A DNA stretch of 64,000 nt from contig CAWJSJ010000005.1 in the NCBI GenBank assembly GCA_963845565.1, positions 640,001 through 704,000 on the forward strand, read 5' to 3'. The position numbers and the translations under genes were made by a program. Of the stretch, positions 31,551-41,307 are shown one piece after another. The notes under the pieces are model-generated. The model was not told the origin of the DNA. It was given only the letters and a program-made list of their open reading frames with translations, and did not search any database. The first letter of the stretch is position 1; each line of letters opens with the position of its first letter. Source of the stretch: an uncultured Methylomirabilota bacterium. Lineage in GTDB: Bacteria > Methylomirabilota > Methylomirabilia > Methylomirabilales > 2-02-FULL-66-22.

Positions 31551-33983
31551 ATGACTGACGCCGGACCTGCGAAGACCGGGAACGACACCACGCAAAGCCC
31601 CCTGCGTCGCTGGGAGGTCGTGGGGGTGCTGGCGACCCTGGCCATCGTCCTCACCGTGCCGCTCCGCCTGGCCGTGGTGGCCGCCCGCGGCCCGCAGCAG
31701 CCCGGCCGCACCGCGGCGCTCTACGTCGGCAGCGACGCGTGCAAGTCTTGCCACCAGGGGGCATACGAGAAGTGGCGCGGCTCGAACCACGCCCTGGCGA
31801 TGGCTCCGGCCCGCGAGGACACCGTCCTGGGCGACTTCAACAATGCCACCTTCACGGAGAAGGGGAAGACGACCCGGTTCTCACGAAGAGACGGGAAGTA
31901 CCTCGTCAACACCGAGGGCCCCGACGGCAAGCCTGGGGAGTTCGAGGTGGCTTACACCTTCGGGTGGTTCCCGCTCCAGCAATACCTCATCCCATTTCCC
32001 GGCGGGCGGCTGCAGTCCCTCACCATCGCCTGGGACGTCCAGAAGAAGCGCTGGTACTCGCTGTACCCCGACCAGGTCGTTCCCCCGACGGACTGGCTCC
32101 ACTGGACCCGGCCGGCCCAGAACTGGAACGTGATGTGCTCGGAGTGCCACTCCACGGGAGTCCGCAAGCGGTACGATCCGGAGCACGACACCTACCAGAC
32201 CACCTGGAGCGAGATCTCCGTGGGTTGCGAGGCCTGCCATGGGCCGGGCTCTCTGCACGTGGAATGGGCCAAGGCGCCGCCCATGGCCCGGCTGTCGGTG
32301 GAGAACTTCGCGCTCCCGGTGAAGACGTCCGGACTGGTCAACCGGGACCTGGTAAACCTGTGCGGCCCCTTGTGCCACGCGCGACGCAGCGGGCTCCGGG
32401 ACCAAGAGCGGCCGGGCGGGGAGCCGCTCGACGTCGTCCTCCCCGTTCTCCTCAGCCCGGGGTTGTTCTATCCCGACGGGCAGATTCTGGAGGAGGATTA
32501 CGAGTATCACTCGTTCCTCCAGAGCAAGATGTATGCGAACGCGGTGAAGTGCAGCGACTGCCACGACGTCCACACGGCCAAGCGGCACAAGGAAGGGAAC
32601 GACCTGTGCGTCCGCTGCCACCGGGCGGACACCTACGACACGGATACGCACCACTTCCACAAGAAGGTCGTCAAGGGACGGCCCAGCGAAGGGGCGTCCT
32701 GCCCTGCCTGCCACATGCCCGGGCGCAACTACATGGGGATCCATTTCCGGCGGGACCACAGCCTGCGGGTACCGCGCCCGGACCTCTCCGTCCAGATCGG
32801 GACGCCCAACGCGTGCAGCTCGTCCGGCTGTCACGCCGACAAGCCGCTGCGCTGGGTCGTGGAGGCGTACAACAAGTGGTACGGCGTCAAGCGCAAGCCC
32901 CACTACGGGACGGTCCTGGCCGCCGCCCGCGAGCGGAAGCCCGAGGCCAGAGGAGATCTGCTGGAGCTGGCCGCTGACCGCCTGCGGCCCGCCATCGTCC
33001 GTGCCACGGCCCTGGACCTCCTCTGGGTCTATCCCGGCGAAGACAGCACGCGCCTGCTCCAGCAGGCCCTGGCGGACGAGGATTCCCTGATCCGCCGCAC
33101 GGCGGCACACCATGTCCGGTTCGCGGATCCGAAGCCGTTGGTCAACGTCCTGGCCCCGCTGCTCAAGGATCCCACGCTGGCCGTCCGGATTGAGGCGGTC
33201 TCGCGGCTGGCCGAGGTGCCGCAGACGTTCTTCACGGAGGCTCAGGCGCGAGATTTCAAGAGCGGCCTGGAGGAATACCGGAAGGTCCTGGCGTACACCG
33301 CGGACATGCCCTCCGGTCGCTACAACTGGGCGATCCTGGAGCAGAATCTGGCCCGGCCGGACCTGGCGGAGCAGCAGTACCGCAAGGCCCTGGCCATTGA
33401 CGATCAGTTCTTCCCGGCTCAGGCGAATCTCGCCTTGCTCCTGAACCGGCAGGGCAAGAACGCCGAGGCGGAGCAGCTTCTGAAGGCGGCCCTCAAAGCG
33501 AACCCCAGGAACGCCGGCGTGGCCTTCAACCTGGGGCTGCTCTTGGCAGAGGAGGGGAAGACGGCCGAGGCGGAAACCGCCCTCCGGACCGCCCTGAAGG
33601 CCGATCCCCAGATGGCGCCGGCCGCCTACAACCTGGCGGTCCTCGTCGCCCCCAAGAATCTCGCGGAAGCGCTGGAGCTGAGCCGGAGGGCGGCGGCGCT
33701 TCGCCCCGAGGAGCCTCGATACGCCTTCACGCTTGCCTTCTACCAGCGCCAGCGGGGCGACGCGCCGGCAGCCATGACGACGCTGCAGGCGCTCCTCGCA
33801 CGCCACCCCGCCTACGGGGAGGCCTACCTGCTCCTCGGTGAGCTCTACGTCAAGGCGAGCAAGGTGCCGGAAGCCCGACAGCTCTTCGCGCGGGCCCTGG
33901 AGGTGAAAGAGCTACCCGATGCGTACCGGACCCGGATCGCGTCGCTGCAGCAGAACCTCGCGGGGTCGGATGCGAAGCAGTGA
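31551..33983 (+). CDS. Membrane-anchored multiheme cytochrome c with HEAT and TPR repeats
   Basis: Six CxxCH (CKSCH, CSECH, CEACH, CSDCH, CVRCH, CPACH) plus CGPLCH and CSSSGCH; C-terminal TPRs. Confidence 0.92.
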   Translation: MTDAGPAKTGNDTTQSPLRRWEVVGVLATLAIVLTVPLRLAVVAARGPQQPGRTAALYVGSDACKSCHQGAYEKWRGSNHALAMAPAREDTVLGDFNNATFTEKGKTTRFSRRDGKYLVNTEGPDGKPGEFEVAYTFGWFPLQQYLIPFPGGRLQSLTIAWDVQKKRWYSLYPDQVVPPTDWLHWTRPAQNWNVMCSECHSTGVRKRYDPEHDTYQTTWSEISVGCEACHGPGSLHVEWAKAPPMARLSVENFALPVKTSGLVNRDLVNLCGPLCHARRSGLRDQERPGGEPLDVVLPVLLSPGLFYPDGQILEEDYEYHSFLQSKMYANAVKCSDCHDVHTAKRHKEGNDLCVRCHRADTYDTDTHHFHKKVVKGRPSEGASCPACHMPGRNYMGIHFRRDHSLRVPRPDLSVQIGTPNACSSSGCHADKPLRWVVEAYNKWYGVKRKPHYGTVLAAARERKPEARGDLLELAADRLRPAIVRATALDLLWVYPGEDSTRLLQQALADEDSLIRRTAAHHVRFADPKPLVNVLAPLLKDPTLAVRIEAVSRLAEVPQTFFTEAQARDFKSGLEEYRKVLAYTADMPSGRYNWAILEQNLARPDLAEQQYRKALAIDDQFFPAQANLALLLNRQGKNAEAEQLLKAALKANPRNAGVAFNLGLLLAEEGKTAEAETALRTALKADPQMAPAAYNLAVLVAPKNLAEALELSRRAAALRPEEPRYAFTLAFYQRQRGDAPAAMTTLQALLARHPAYGEAYLLLGELYVKASKVPEARQLFARALEVKELPDAYRTRIASLQQNLAGSDAKQ

Positions 33984-33986
33984 TCG

Positions 33987-34026
33987 GGCGAATTGGCAAT
34001 TCGGCAATTGGGCAACTTGGCGATCG
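33987..34026. repeat. 8-bp array, left arm of cargo-bearing element
   Basis: GGCGAATT GGCAATTC GGCAATTG GGCAACTT GGCGATCG. Confidence 0.85.
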
Positions 34027-34032
34027 GGTCAG

Positions 34033-34593
34033 CTATTGGCGATTGAGGATTTGACGGAGCCGCGGTCCCGTCTGATCGTCCTCCTTGAGCTCCAGGAGCG
34101 GCGTCAGTTCCTGCCAGACGAGTCCCTCATCGAGCCGGCCGTGTTGCCGGACGGTGATTCCCTCGATGTCGATCCAATCCTGAGCACGGCCTGCGAAAGC
34201 CTTGAAGACGATGAGATCTTCGGCGCCGCAGGTCAGTAGGGAGACGCCTTCCGCCACGAAGAAGGGCGAGGACCGACGCACCGACCGCTCCTCGAAGGGC
34301 ATGGCACCCAGGGCCACGTCGAGAGGGATCCCGTCCCGGCCAAGTAGAAGGAGGACCCGATGCTGCAGCCCGAACGCGCGGGCATCGGGAATGCGGGGCG
34401 CGAAGGCGGACAAGAAGTGGTCCGCGTATTCGGCTTCCCGTCCGAATCCGCTGATGACGGTGAGGTCGACGTCTTGCGTGAGGCGGGGCTCACCCCAGCG
34501 CTGAAGGGCCAAGCCACCAATGAAACAGAAGTCAAACCCCCGGGCTTGGCAAAACGCCTGGACCTCCAAGGCGGCGACGAAGATCGGGTTCAC
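34033..34593 (-). CDS. Nucleotidyltransferase (AbiEii/DUF6036-like) putative toxin
   Basis: IGGLAL..WGEPRLTQDVDL, EDLIVFKAFAGR.QDWIDI; GTG start overlapping upstream stop. Confidence 0.85.
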   Translation of the reverse strand: MNPIFVAALEVQAFCQARGFDFCFIGGLALQRWGEPRLTQDVDLTVISGFGREAEYADHFLSAFAPRIPDARAFGLQHRVLLLLGRDGIPLDVALGAMPFEERSVRRSSPFFVAEGVSLLTCGAEDLIVFKAFAGRAQDWIDIEGITVRQHGRLDEGLVWQELTPLLELKEDDQTGPRLRQILNRQ

Positions 34594-34823
34594 AGGGAAG
34601 GGCGGCGGTGGAAGAGGGCCTGCTGCTCGACGAGCCCGGACCAGCAGACGCGCCCAGGGTTGAGGGTTACCGTCGTCACCAGGGAAAGGAGAGCCTCGCT
34701 GGCGGCCAGGGCACGTTCTTCGGAGAGGTGCAGGAGTTCCTCGCGGCGTTTCGCCGCGAGGGCGGGTCCGGCCTCGTTCCACTGTCGCACCCATTCGCGG
34801 TGGGTGGCGGCCTCAAGGGTCAT
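34590..34823 (-). CDS. Small partner protein (putative antitoxin)
   Basis: 77 aa, GGAGG RBS, WVRQW..AGPAL...RREEL, SGLVEQQALF; translationally coupled to the NTase. Confidence 0.75.
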   Translation of the reverse strand: MTLEAATHREWVRQWNEAGPALAAKRREELLHLSEERALAASEALLSLVTTVTLNPGRVCWSGLVEQQALFHRRPSL

Positions 34824-34892
34824 ACCCGTCCTCCGGGCTACTTCGACTGTTGACAGGAATCATGATATACGACCGCTGGCGATTCATCAACC

Positions 34893-34948
34893 GCTTTGCC
34901 CAGGCGCCTGATTGCCGAATTGCCCAATCGCCAACCTCCCCAATTGCC
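34893..34948. repeat. 8-bp array, right arm of cargo-bearing element
   Basis: GCTTTGCC CAGGCGCC TGATTGCC GAATTGCC CAATCGCC AACCTCCC CAATTGCC. Confidence 0.85.
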
Positions 34949-35000
34949 GGCGTGTGGTCGTGAGGGTGGGGGAGAACCCGTCAAAAGAGCGACTATCCGT

Positions 35001-35039
35001 ACCATGAAAAACGAATACTGTAGTTTCGAATTTCATGGT
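35001..35039. promoter_or_regulatory. Palindrome TGAAA-N21-TTTCA overlapping ATG
   Basis: ACCATGAAAAACGAA / TTCGAATTTCATGGT, 13 of 15 complementary. Confidence 0.6.
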
Positions 35040-35538
35040 TCGACAGCTTCCACCGTGGCACGAGAATCTGCAGAAGCGACAGGTCAAGGCGCCGAAAGTC
35101 TACCTCCGGGACACCGGGCTCCTCCATCAACTCCTCGGCCTTCGGACCGGACAAGAACTGGTGGCGCATCCCAAGTGCGGCGCGTCCTGGGAAGGGTATG
35201 CGATCGAAGAGACGCTAAAGCTGCTGCAGCCGGACGACGCGTACTTCTGGGCGACGCACAACGGTGCGGAGTTGGACCTGCTGCTCTTCACGCGCGGGCG
35301 GAGGCTTGGTGTAGAGGTCAAGCGAGCGGATGCGCCCACGCTGACACCGTCGATGCGAATCGCCCTCACTGATCTCCGTCTCGACCACCTTACGGTGCTC
35401 TACCCGGGTACGAAACCGTACTCGCTCGCCGACCGCGTCAGTGTGATGCCCCTCACAGCGCTGGCGGAAGGGCGAATAGAGACCCTCTTTCCGTCCCGCG
35501 GCGGCGGTCGGATGCCACGGAAAGCAACGCCTCCGTAA
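35035..35538 (+). pseudogene. C-terminal fragment of AAA_14 + DUF4143 ATP-binding protein
   Basis: KRQVKAPKVYLRDTGLLH, GASWEG, ELDLL..GVEVK; ATPase domain absent. Confidence 0.85.
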
Positions 35539-35629
35539 TCCGCACCACAACGCCTTTCGTACGCATCGTCACCAGCGACGAATCGGAGGTGGCGTATTCT
35601 TTAATCCTGACCTCGCCCCGCTCACCACC

Positions 35630-35728
35630 TCTCACTTACCCAGTTGCGGCCTTCTCCAGTTGTCCCCCCAATTACCACTCACCCGCTTGTCAAATTGCCA
35701 ACTCTCCAGCCTTCCCAATCTACTAATT
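35630..35728. repeat. Highly degenerate 8-bp array
   Basis: CACTTACC CAGTTGCG ... CAATTACC ... AAATTGCC. Confidence 0.55.
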
Positions 35729-35732
35729 GTGA

Positions 35733-35766
35733 TGCCGGCATTACGGCACGTTGCCGAAATATCGGC
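35733..35766. promoter_or_regulatory. Tandem palindromic upstream activator sequence
   Basis: GCCG-N6-CGGC twice (35734-47 and 35753-66). Confidence 0.6.
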
Positions 35767-35865
35767 GTTTCAAGTAAGCTAGATCATGCCTAAAGAATCA
35801 AAAGAATCATTGGATAGTCCTTCATTTAAAAAGAGTTACGGCCACGAAATCTGAACACAGATCTC

Positions 35866-35882
35866 CTGGAATGGATATTGCC
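35866..35882 (+). promoter_or_regulatory. Sigma-54 -24/-12 promoter
   Basis: CTGGAATGGATATTGCC, GG-N10-GC; preceded by ATCTCC as at 6760. Confidence 0.72.
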
Positions 35883-35966
35883 AACTAGACTTGTGTTGTT
35901 CCAGTTTTCTCCGTGGTTCCACGCGTCATCCTTCACCGAATGGCGCAGGCAGAAGGCGAGGCGGTG

Positions 35967-36288
35967 ATGATTCATGCGATGGTCAGGATGGTGCTGCCCG
36001 CCGAGCGGTTGAGTGAAGTCATGACGATCCTTAGCCCGATGGTCGAGCGGACCAGGGCAGAACGCGGGTGCCTCGATTGCCATCTCTACCGGGACGCCAT
36101 GGAAGAGGCCGTTCTCACCTTTGAGGGCACGTGGGCGAGCGAGGCCGACCTGGAACGGCATCTCCGTTCTGAGGAATACCGGCAATTGCTCCTGGTCATG
36201 GAGCTGGCGAAGGTGCCGCCTGAGGTTACGGTTCGACAGGGTGTCGCACTCGACCGGCCTCGAAACCATCCAGGCCGTCAGGGGCTGA
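35967..36288 (+). CDS. ABM-family protein, paralog of 6844-7176, one indel near 36228
   Basis: TRAERGCLDC, DLERHLRSEEY, PEVRFD after correction. Confidence 0.82.
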
Positions 36289-36397
36289 GTCGAGGATGGG
36301 GATTCCCACCATCGGCCGTCAAGAGTCGCTGGGCCGCGGACCAGGCACGGACAAAGATAGGCAGGATCAAACACCAGGAAGATCGAGGATCGAACCG

Positions 36398-36799
36398 ATG
36401 ACACCTTATGCGAGGCCGATTGTTCTCCTTGTGTCCTGTCTCGCCCTGTCGCTCTTGACCGGTTGCAGCAGTGTGGCCGTCAGGACGGTCCGATTCACGG
36501 AGGTGCCATCGTATCCGCCGACGTACGCGGACATCGTCCAAGTGCTGCGGGCCGAGCCGGCCCGGCCGCACGCCAGGCTTGGCGAGGTCTATGTCGAGCC
36601 GGAAGGCGACGCATCGGTGGAGGCGATCGAGGCGGGACTCCAGAAGGGCGCCGCGCCGCTCGGGGCCGACGCGGTGGTGATCGTGGCGGATCGGACGCTG
36701 AAGATGGGCGCCCTCGTCGAGACGTCGTGGGTGAAGCGCGAGGCGTTACCGACCCCCGACCGGGTGGTCGTGGGTGTGGCCATCCGGTATCTTCAGTGA
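36398..36799 (+). CDS. Lipoprotein of unknown function
   Basis: LLTGC lipobox; AAPLGADAVVIV. Confidence 0.75.
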   Translation: MTPYARPIVLLVSCLALSLLTGCSSVAVRTVRFTEVPSYPPTYADIVQVLRAEPARPHARLGEVYVEPEGDASVEAIEAGLQKGAAPLGADAVVIVADRTLKMGALVETSWVKREALPTPDRVVVGVAIRYLQ

Positions 36800-36977
36800 G
36801 GAGGATGCGACGAGAGTGTCTGAAGCGAAAAGTGTCAACAGAAGCACAAATGCACAGGTGTTTCGATCGCTAGCTGCCGGAAAGGCAGCGCGAGTAGAAG
36901 AATGGGCCTTGATCGTTGGACCGTGAGACGATGAGTTCGAGTCAGGGAGAACGTCGGAGGAGTGTCCAGGTCATGCT

Positions 36978-37067
36978 TCAGCCATACTTGCCGCCCCGAA
37001 GCAGCGCCTTCACTTCATCGTGGCTGCCCAGGAATGCAACAAAGAGAATGGAGAGAGGCCTAGCCAA
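36978..37067 (-). pseudogene. Internally deleted RelE-like toxin (29 aa)
   Basis: TTG start overlapping the antitoxin end; MARPLSI joined to LFVAFLGSHDEVKALL. Confidence 0.6.
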
Positions 37068-37338
37068 TCAGCTTCCTCAGCTCTTCGGCTGTGACGGTGA
37101 CCAGCTTTCCGGAACGCTTGAGTCTGCGGTAATAGCCGTCGGTGGCTTCTTCGACGGCGGCGACTTGGTCCGCTGTGGCCCCATATTCGCGCTGCGCGTA
37201 ATCCGTGGATTCAACTTCCACTTTGCGCAGGGCGATGATGTCCGCGCCGCAGACAATACCGATATCTTCGCCGCGAGAAGCAGCAGCCAGCCACCGACTC
37301 AGGTTCTTCTTGGCGTCCGTGATCGTCAGAGTCTTCAT
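37060..37338 (-). CDS. Phd/YefM-like antitoxin
   Basis: MKTLTITDAKKNLSRWLAAASRGEDIGI. Confidence 0.82.
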   Translation of the reverse strand: MKTLTITDAKKNLSRWLAAASRGEDIGIVCGADIIALRKVEVESTDYAQREYGATADQVAAVEEATDGYYRRLKRSGKLVTVTAEELRKLIG

Positions 37339-37361
37339 AAGGACTCTGTACAGCCTCCAAT

Positions 37362-37381
37362 AAGTCCTTGTCAAGGAACTT
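37362..37381 (-). promoter_or_regulatory. Palindromic operator overlapping a TTGACA -35 box of the TA operon
   Basis: AAGTCCTTG-T-CAAGGAACTT; TTGACA on minus strand at 37374-37369. Confidence 0.5.
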
Positions 37382-37591
37382 GTCCGGCGGGCAAGCGAGA
37401 ACGGATCAGGGGGGAGGACAGCGGGAGGGGGGAGACGGGTCGGACACAAATCAGCGTCGTTCCGCGCCCAGTCTCCCGCATCGGTATGCACCTGGACGGC
37501 AAGAGGGCGGCCAGAGCGAAAAACGATGAATTTCACGTAAGGGGTCGGAAAGGGCTTTCGGGAAGTGTATTGCAATGAAGGGAGAAAAGAG

Positions 37592-40093
37592 ATGAGGTAC
37601 ACCACGAAAGTCTGTTCCCTGTTGTTTGCGGTAATTGCGTGTGCTGGCGCTCGTGGCCGGGCCGGTCGCGGCGCAGCAGGTCACGGGCGAGTTGGGTTCG
37701 CCCAGCGCCACGACCACGCTCGACGGGAAACAGCTTCCGCCGCCCGATCCGCAATTCGGCGGGGTGATCAAGGAGAAGGCCGCGGAGTCGAAAGCCTGGT
37801 GGGCGCCACGCGTCGTGCCGCCGAAGGGCGCGCCCAACGTGCTGCTCATCATGACGGACGATGCGGCTTCGGCGCGCCGGGCACGTTCGGCGGCGTCGTT
37901 CCGACACCGGCACTGGATCGCATCGCGAAGAGCGGGCTGCGCTACACGAATTTCCATTCCACGTCGCTCTGCTCGCCGACGCGCGCGGCCTTGATCACCG
38001 GGCGCAACCACCACGTGGCCGGCTTCGGCGTCGTGGGCGAAATCGCGACCGGATTCCCGGGCTACGACTCGGTCATCCGGAAGGAGAACGGCACCATCGG
38101 CACCATCCTGAAGGAGAACGGGTACGCGACCTCGTGGTTCGGCAAGAATCACAACACGCCCTTCTACCAGGCGACCCAGGCCGGGCCCTTCGACCAGTGG
38201 CCGAACGGCATGGGCTTCGAGTATTTCTACGGCTTCGTCGGCGGCGACGCCAGCCAGTGGCAGCCAAACCTGTACCGCAATACGACGGCCATCTACCCCT
38301 TCGAGGGCAAGCCCGGCTGGAACCTGACCACGGCCATGGCCGACGAGGCGATCCAGTACATGAAGGAGATCAAGGAGATCGCGCCCGACAAGCCGTTCCT
38401 CGTCTATTACGTGCCGGGCGGCACGCACGCCCCGCATCATCCGACGCCGGAGTGGATCAAGAAGATCAGCGACATGCATCTCTTCGACGCGGGCTGGAAC
38501 AAGGTGCGCGAAACCATCTTCGCCAACCAGAAGCGGCTGGGCATCATGCCCGCCAACGCCCAGCTGACCCCCTGGCCGAAGGAACTGCCCGAGTGGGATT
38601 CCCTCGGGTTGGGAGGAGAAGAAGCTCTTCATCAAGCAAGCCGACGTGTACGGGGCATACCTCGCGTACACCGACCACGAGATCGGCCGCGTCATCCAGG
38701 CGGTCGAAGACCTGGGCCAGCTCGACAACACCCTGATCATCTACATCAGCGGCGACAACGGCGCGAGCCCCGAAGGGATGCTCAACGGCACGCCGAACGA
38801 GTTCACCTACCTTCAATGGCGTTCCCGTGCCGGTCAAGGACCAGTTCCTCTGGTACGAGTTCTGGGGGTCGGAGCGGACCTTCCCGCACTTTGCGGCACC
38901 CTGGGCGTGGGCGATGGACACGCCGTTCAAGTGGATCGAAGCAGGTGGCGTCGCATTACGGCGGGACGGCCCAGGGCGTGGCCATGTCGTGGCCCGGCCA
39001 CATCAACGACGTGGGCGGCATCCGCCGCCAGTTTCACCATGTCATCGACATCGTGCCGACCATCCTCGAAGCGACCGGCATCCCGGCGCCGGAGACGCTC
39101 AACGGCATCAAGCAGCGCCCCATGGACGGCGTGAGCATGGCCTACACCTGGGACAAGGCGAATGCCAACGCGCCCACCCGGCACACCACGCAGTATTTCG
39201 AGATGCTCGGCAACCGCGCCATCTACCACGACGGCTGGGTGGCGTGCACGACCCCGGCGACGCTCCCGTGGGAACTGAGCACCGCCGCGCCGCCCGACGT
39301 GATCACCGGGTACAAGTGGGAACTCTACAACGTCGCGGAGGATCCCACCGAGTTCAACGACCTGGCGGCCCAAATGCCGGACAAGCTCAAGCAGTTGCAG
39401 GACATCTTCTACGCCGAGGCGAAGAAGCATGACGTGCTGCCGCTCGACAACTCGACGCTGGCAGCGCTGGAACGCGCCGAAGCCGAGCCTCACGGCGGGA
39501 CGAACGGTCTTCACCTACTCCGGGAGTGCTGACCGGCGTCCCCAACAGCGGCGCTCCGAGCATCCTGAACAAGTCGTACACCATTACCGCCGAGGTCACG
39601 ATCCCCGAAGGGCGGCGCGGAAGGCATGATCGTCACCGACGGCGGCCGCTTCGGCGGCTACGGCCTGTTCTTGAGCAAGGGCGTGTTGGGATTCGGCCGG
39701 GGCAAGCCGGTGTTTCTCTACAACCTGCTCGACCTCAAGCGCACGACGTGGGAAGGGCCGGCGCTGAGCCCGGGCAAGCACACCATCGTCTTCGACTTCA
39801 AGTCCGATGGCCCGGGCCTGGGCAAGGGCGGGACGGGCGTGCTCTCCGTGGACGGCAAGGAAGTGGCCAGAAATTCCATGGAACACACCACCCCGATCAC
39901 GTTCCCGGAGGACGAGACCTTCGACATCGGCCAGGACACGCGCACCGGCGTCGCGATGATCGAGTATCGCTACGATGTTCCGTTCAAGTTCACCGGCACG
40001 ATCAACAAGCTCACCTTCAACCTCGGCCCGCAGCAGTTGACGGCCGAGGAACGCGAGGAGATGCAAAAGACCGTCGCCAAGGCACGCGACTAG
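37592..40093 (+). CDS. Large secreted arylsulfatase 4 (CSPTR, AtsA-like with C-terminal beta-sandwich), frameshifted
   Basis: APNVLLIMTDD, LCSPTRAAL, GKNHNT, SGDNG, QYFEMLGNRAIY. Confidence 0.93.
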
Positions 40094-40146
40094 CGGCGGA
40101 TGCGCAACATCCGGTGTAGAGCGCGGAAGGAGCAGAGGTAGGCGCG

Positions 40147-40525
40147 ATGAGAAGGGTGCTTGTTCTCGCTGCCGTCGGCGAAGCCGCGACCGGGGTGGCG
40201 TTGCTGATTGTTCCGTCGCTCGTCGGGCGGTTGTTGTTGGGTGAGGAACTTGACCGGCGTCGCCATCCCGGTCGCGCGGGTGGCCGGCATTGCCCTGATC
40301 GCCCTGGGCCTGGCCTGCTGGCCGGGTAGCGATGCGGACAGTAGTCCTTCCCGGGCGTTTCGGGCAATGCTGTTTTATAGCCTGCTCGCCACACTGTACC
40401 TCGCCTATCTGGGCATCGGTGGCGAGTGGGTCGGGCGCCTGTTGTGGCCGGCGGTGGCGATCCACGCCATATTGACGATTCTTCTGGTTCGCGCATGGCT
40501 GAAAGAGCATCGTGCCAGCCAGTAG
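40147..40525 (+). CDS. Small four-TM membrane protein, one indel
   Basis: EAATGVALL, GIALIALGLACW, LWPAVAIH. Confidence 0.7.
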
Positions 40526-40705
40526 AAACCCCGGGAACAGCGCCGGGGAATTTAGCCCTGATCGGGCGAAACCGTTTCACCGCCAGGACGCCACCGGTGG
40601 CCACCAAGGTACACACCCTGAACGCGCCGCAGGGCGCACGCCGGAAGAATGAAAAAGAGAGAGTCACGAGTGAGCCGACCGATGACTGAAGAGAGGAGGC
40701 AACCC

Positions 40706-41266
40706 ATGAAGAATTCCAGTGAGCTTTACAGGAGCCTGAGCCGAGTCTGCCTGGTGCTTCTCCTGGTCGTGGCCCCGCTATCGTTGGCGGCGTGTGCGAC
40801 GACTTCGACGACTTCGTCCGACACGCCCCAGCTCATGTTCGTGCAGAGCGCGGAGGATCTCAGGGTCGATGCCGCCAAGAGTACTCTCCGGCTGGTGAAG
40901 GTCAGCCAGCAGACCCTGTACTTCTCGGATCGGCCGCAGCGCCTCGCCGGGCACCTGAAAATGGCCGACTACCTCAAGGAATGGACGGCAGCCGCCGGCA
41001 AGGACAATTTTGGCGCGGACCCGCCCAACGCGGCGCTCTCCGTCTATGAGCCGGGACAACCCAACAACACGCTGGTCATCGTGAAGATCACCAACCCGGT
41101 GGTCGACGGTGCGGACCTGATCTACACCTATAAGATTCTCAAAGGCACGATGCCCCCCGGGGGCGGGGCGGCGTCCCTGTTCATCGATTGGATCGGGGTC
41201 GGCGGCGGCGTCGGCCGCGGCTTCCACGGCGTCGGCGTGGGCCTCCGCGGTCCCGGTGTCTTCTAG
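40706..41266 (+). CDS. Lipoprotein of unknown function
   Basis: LAAC lipobox; LMFVQSA, LYFSDRP, DPPNA, SLFID. Confidence 0.8.
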   Translation: MKNSSELYRSLSRVCLVLLLVVAPLSLAACATTSTTSSDTPQLMFVQSAEDLRVDAAKSTLRLVKVSQQTLYFSDRPQRLAGHLKMADYLKEWTAAAGKDNFGADPPNAALSVYEPGQPNNTLVIVKITNPVVDGADLIYTYKILKGTMPPGGGAASLFIDWIGVGGGVGRGFHGVGVGLRGPGVF

Positions 41267-41307
41267 CCGTGAGCCGAGATTCTTCAACCGCCAAAAAGGA
41301 GACCAGG

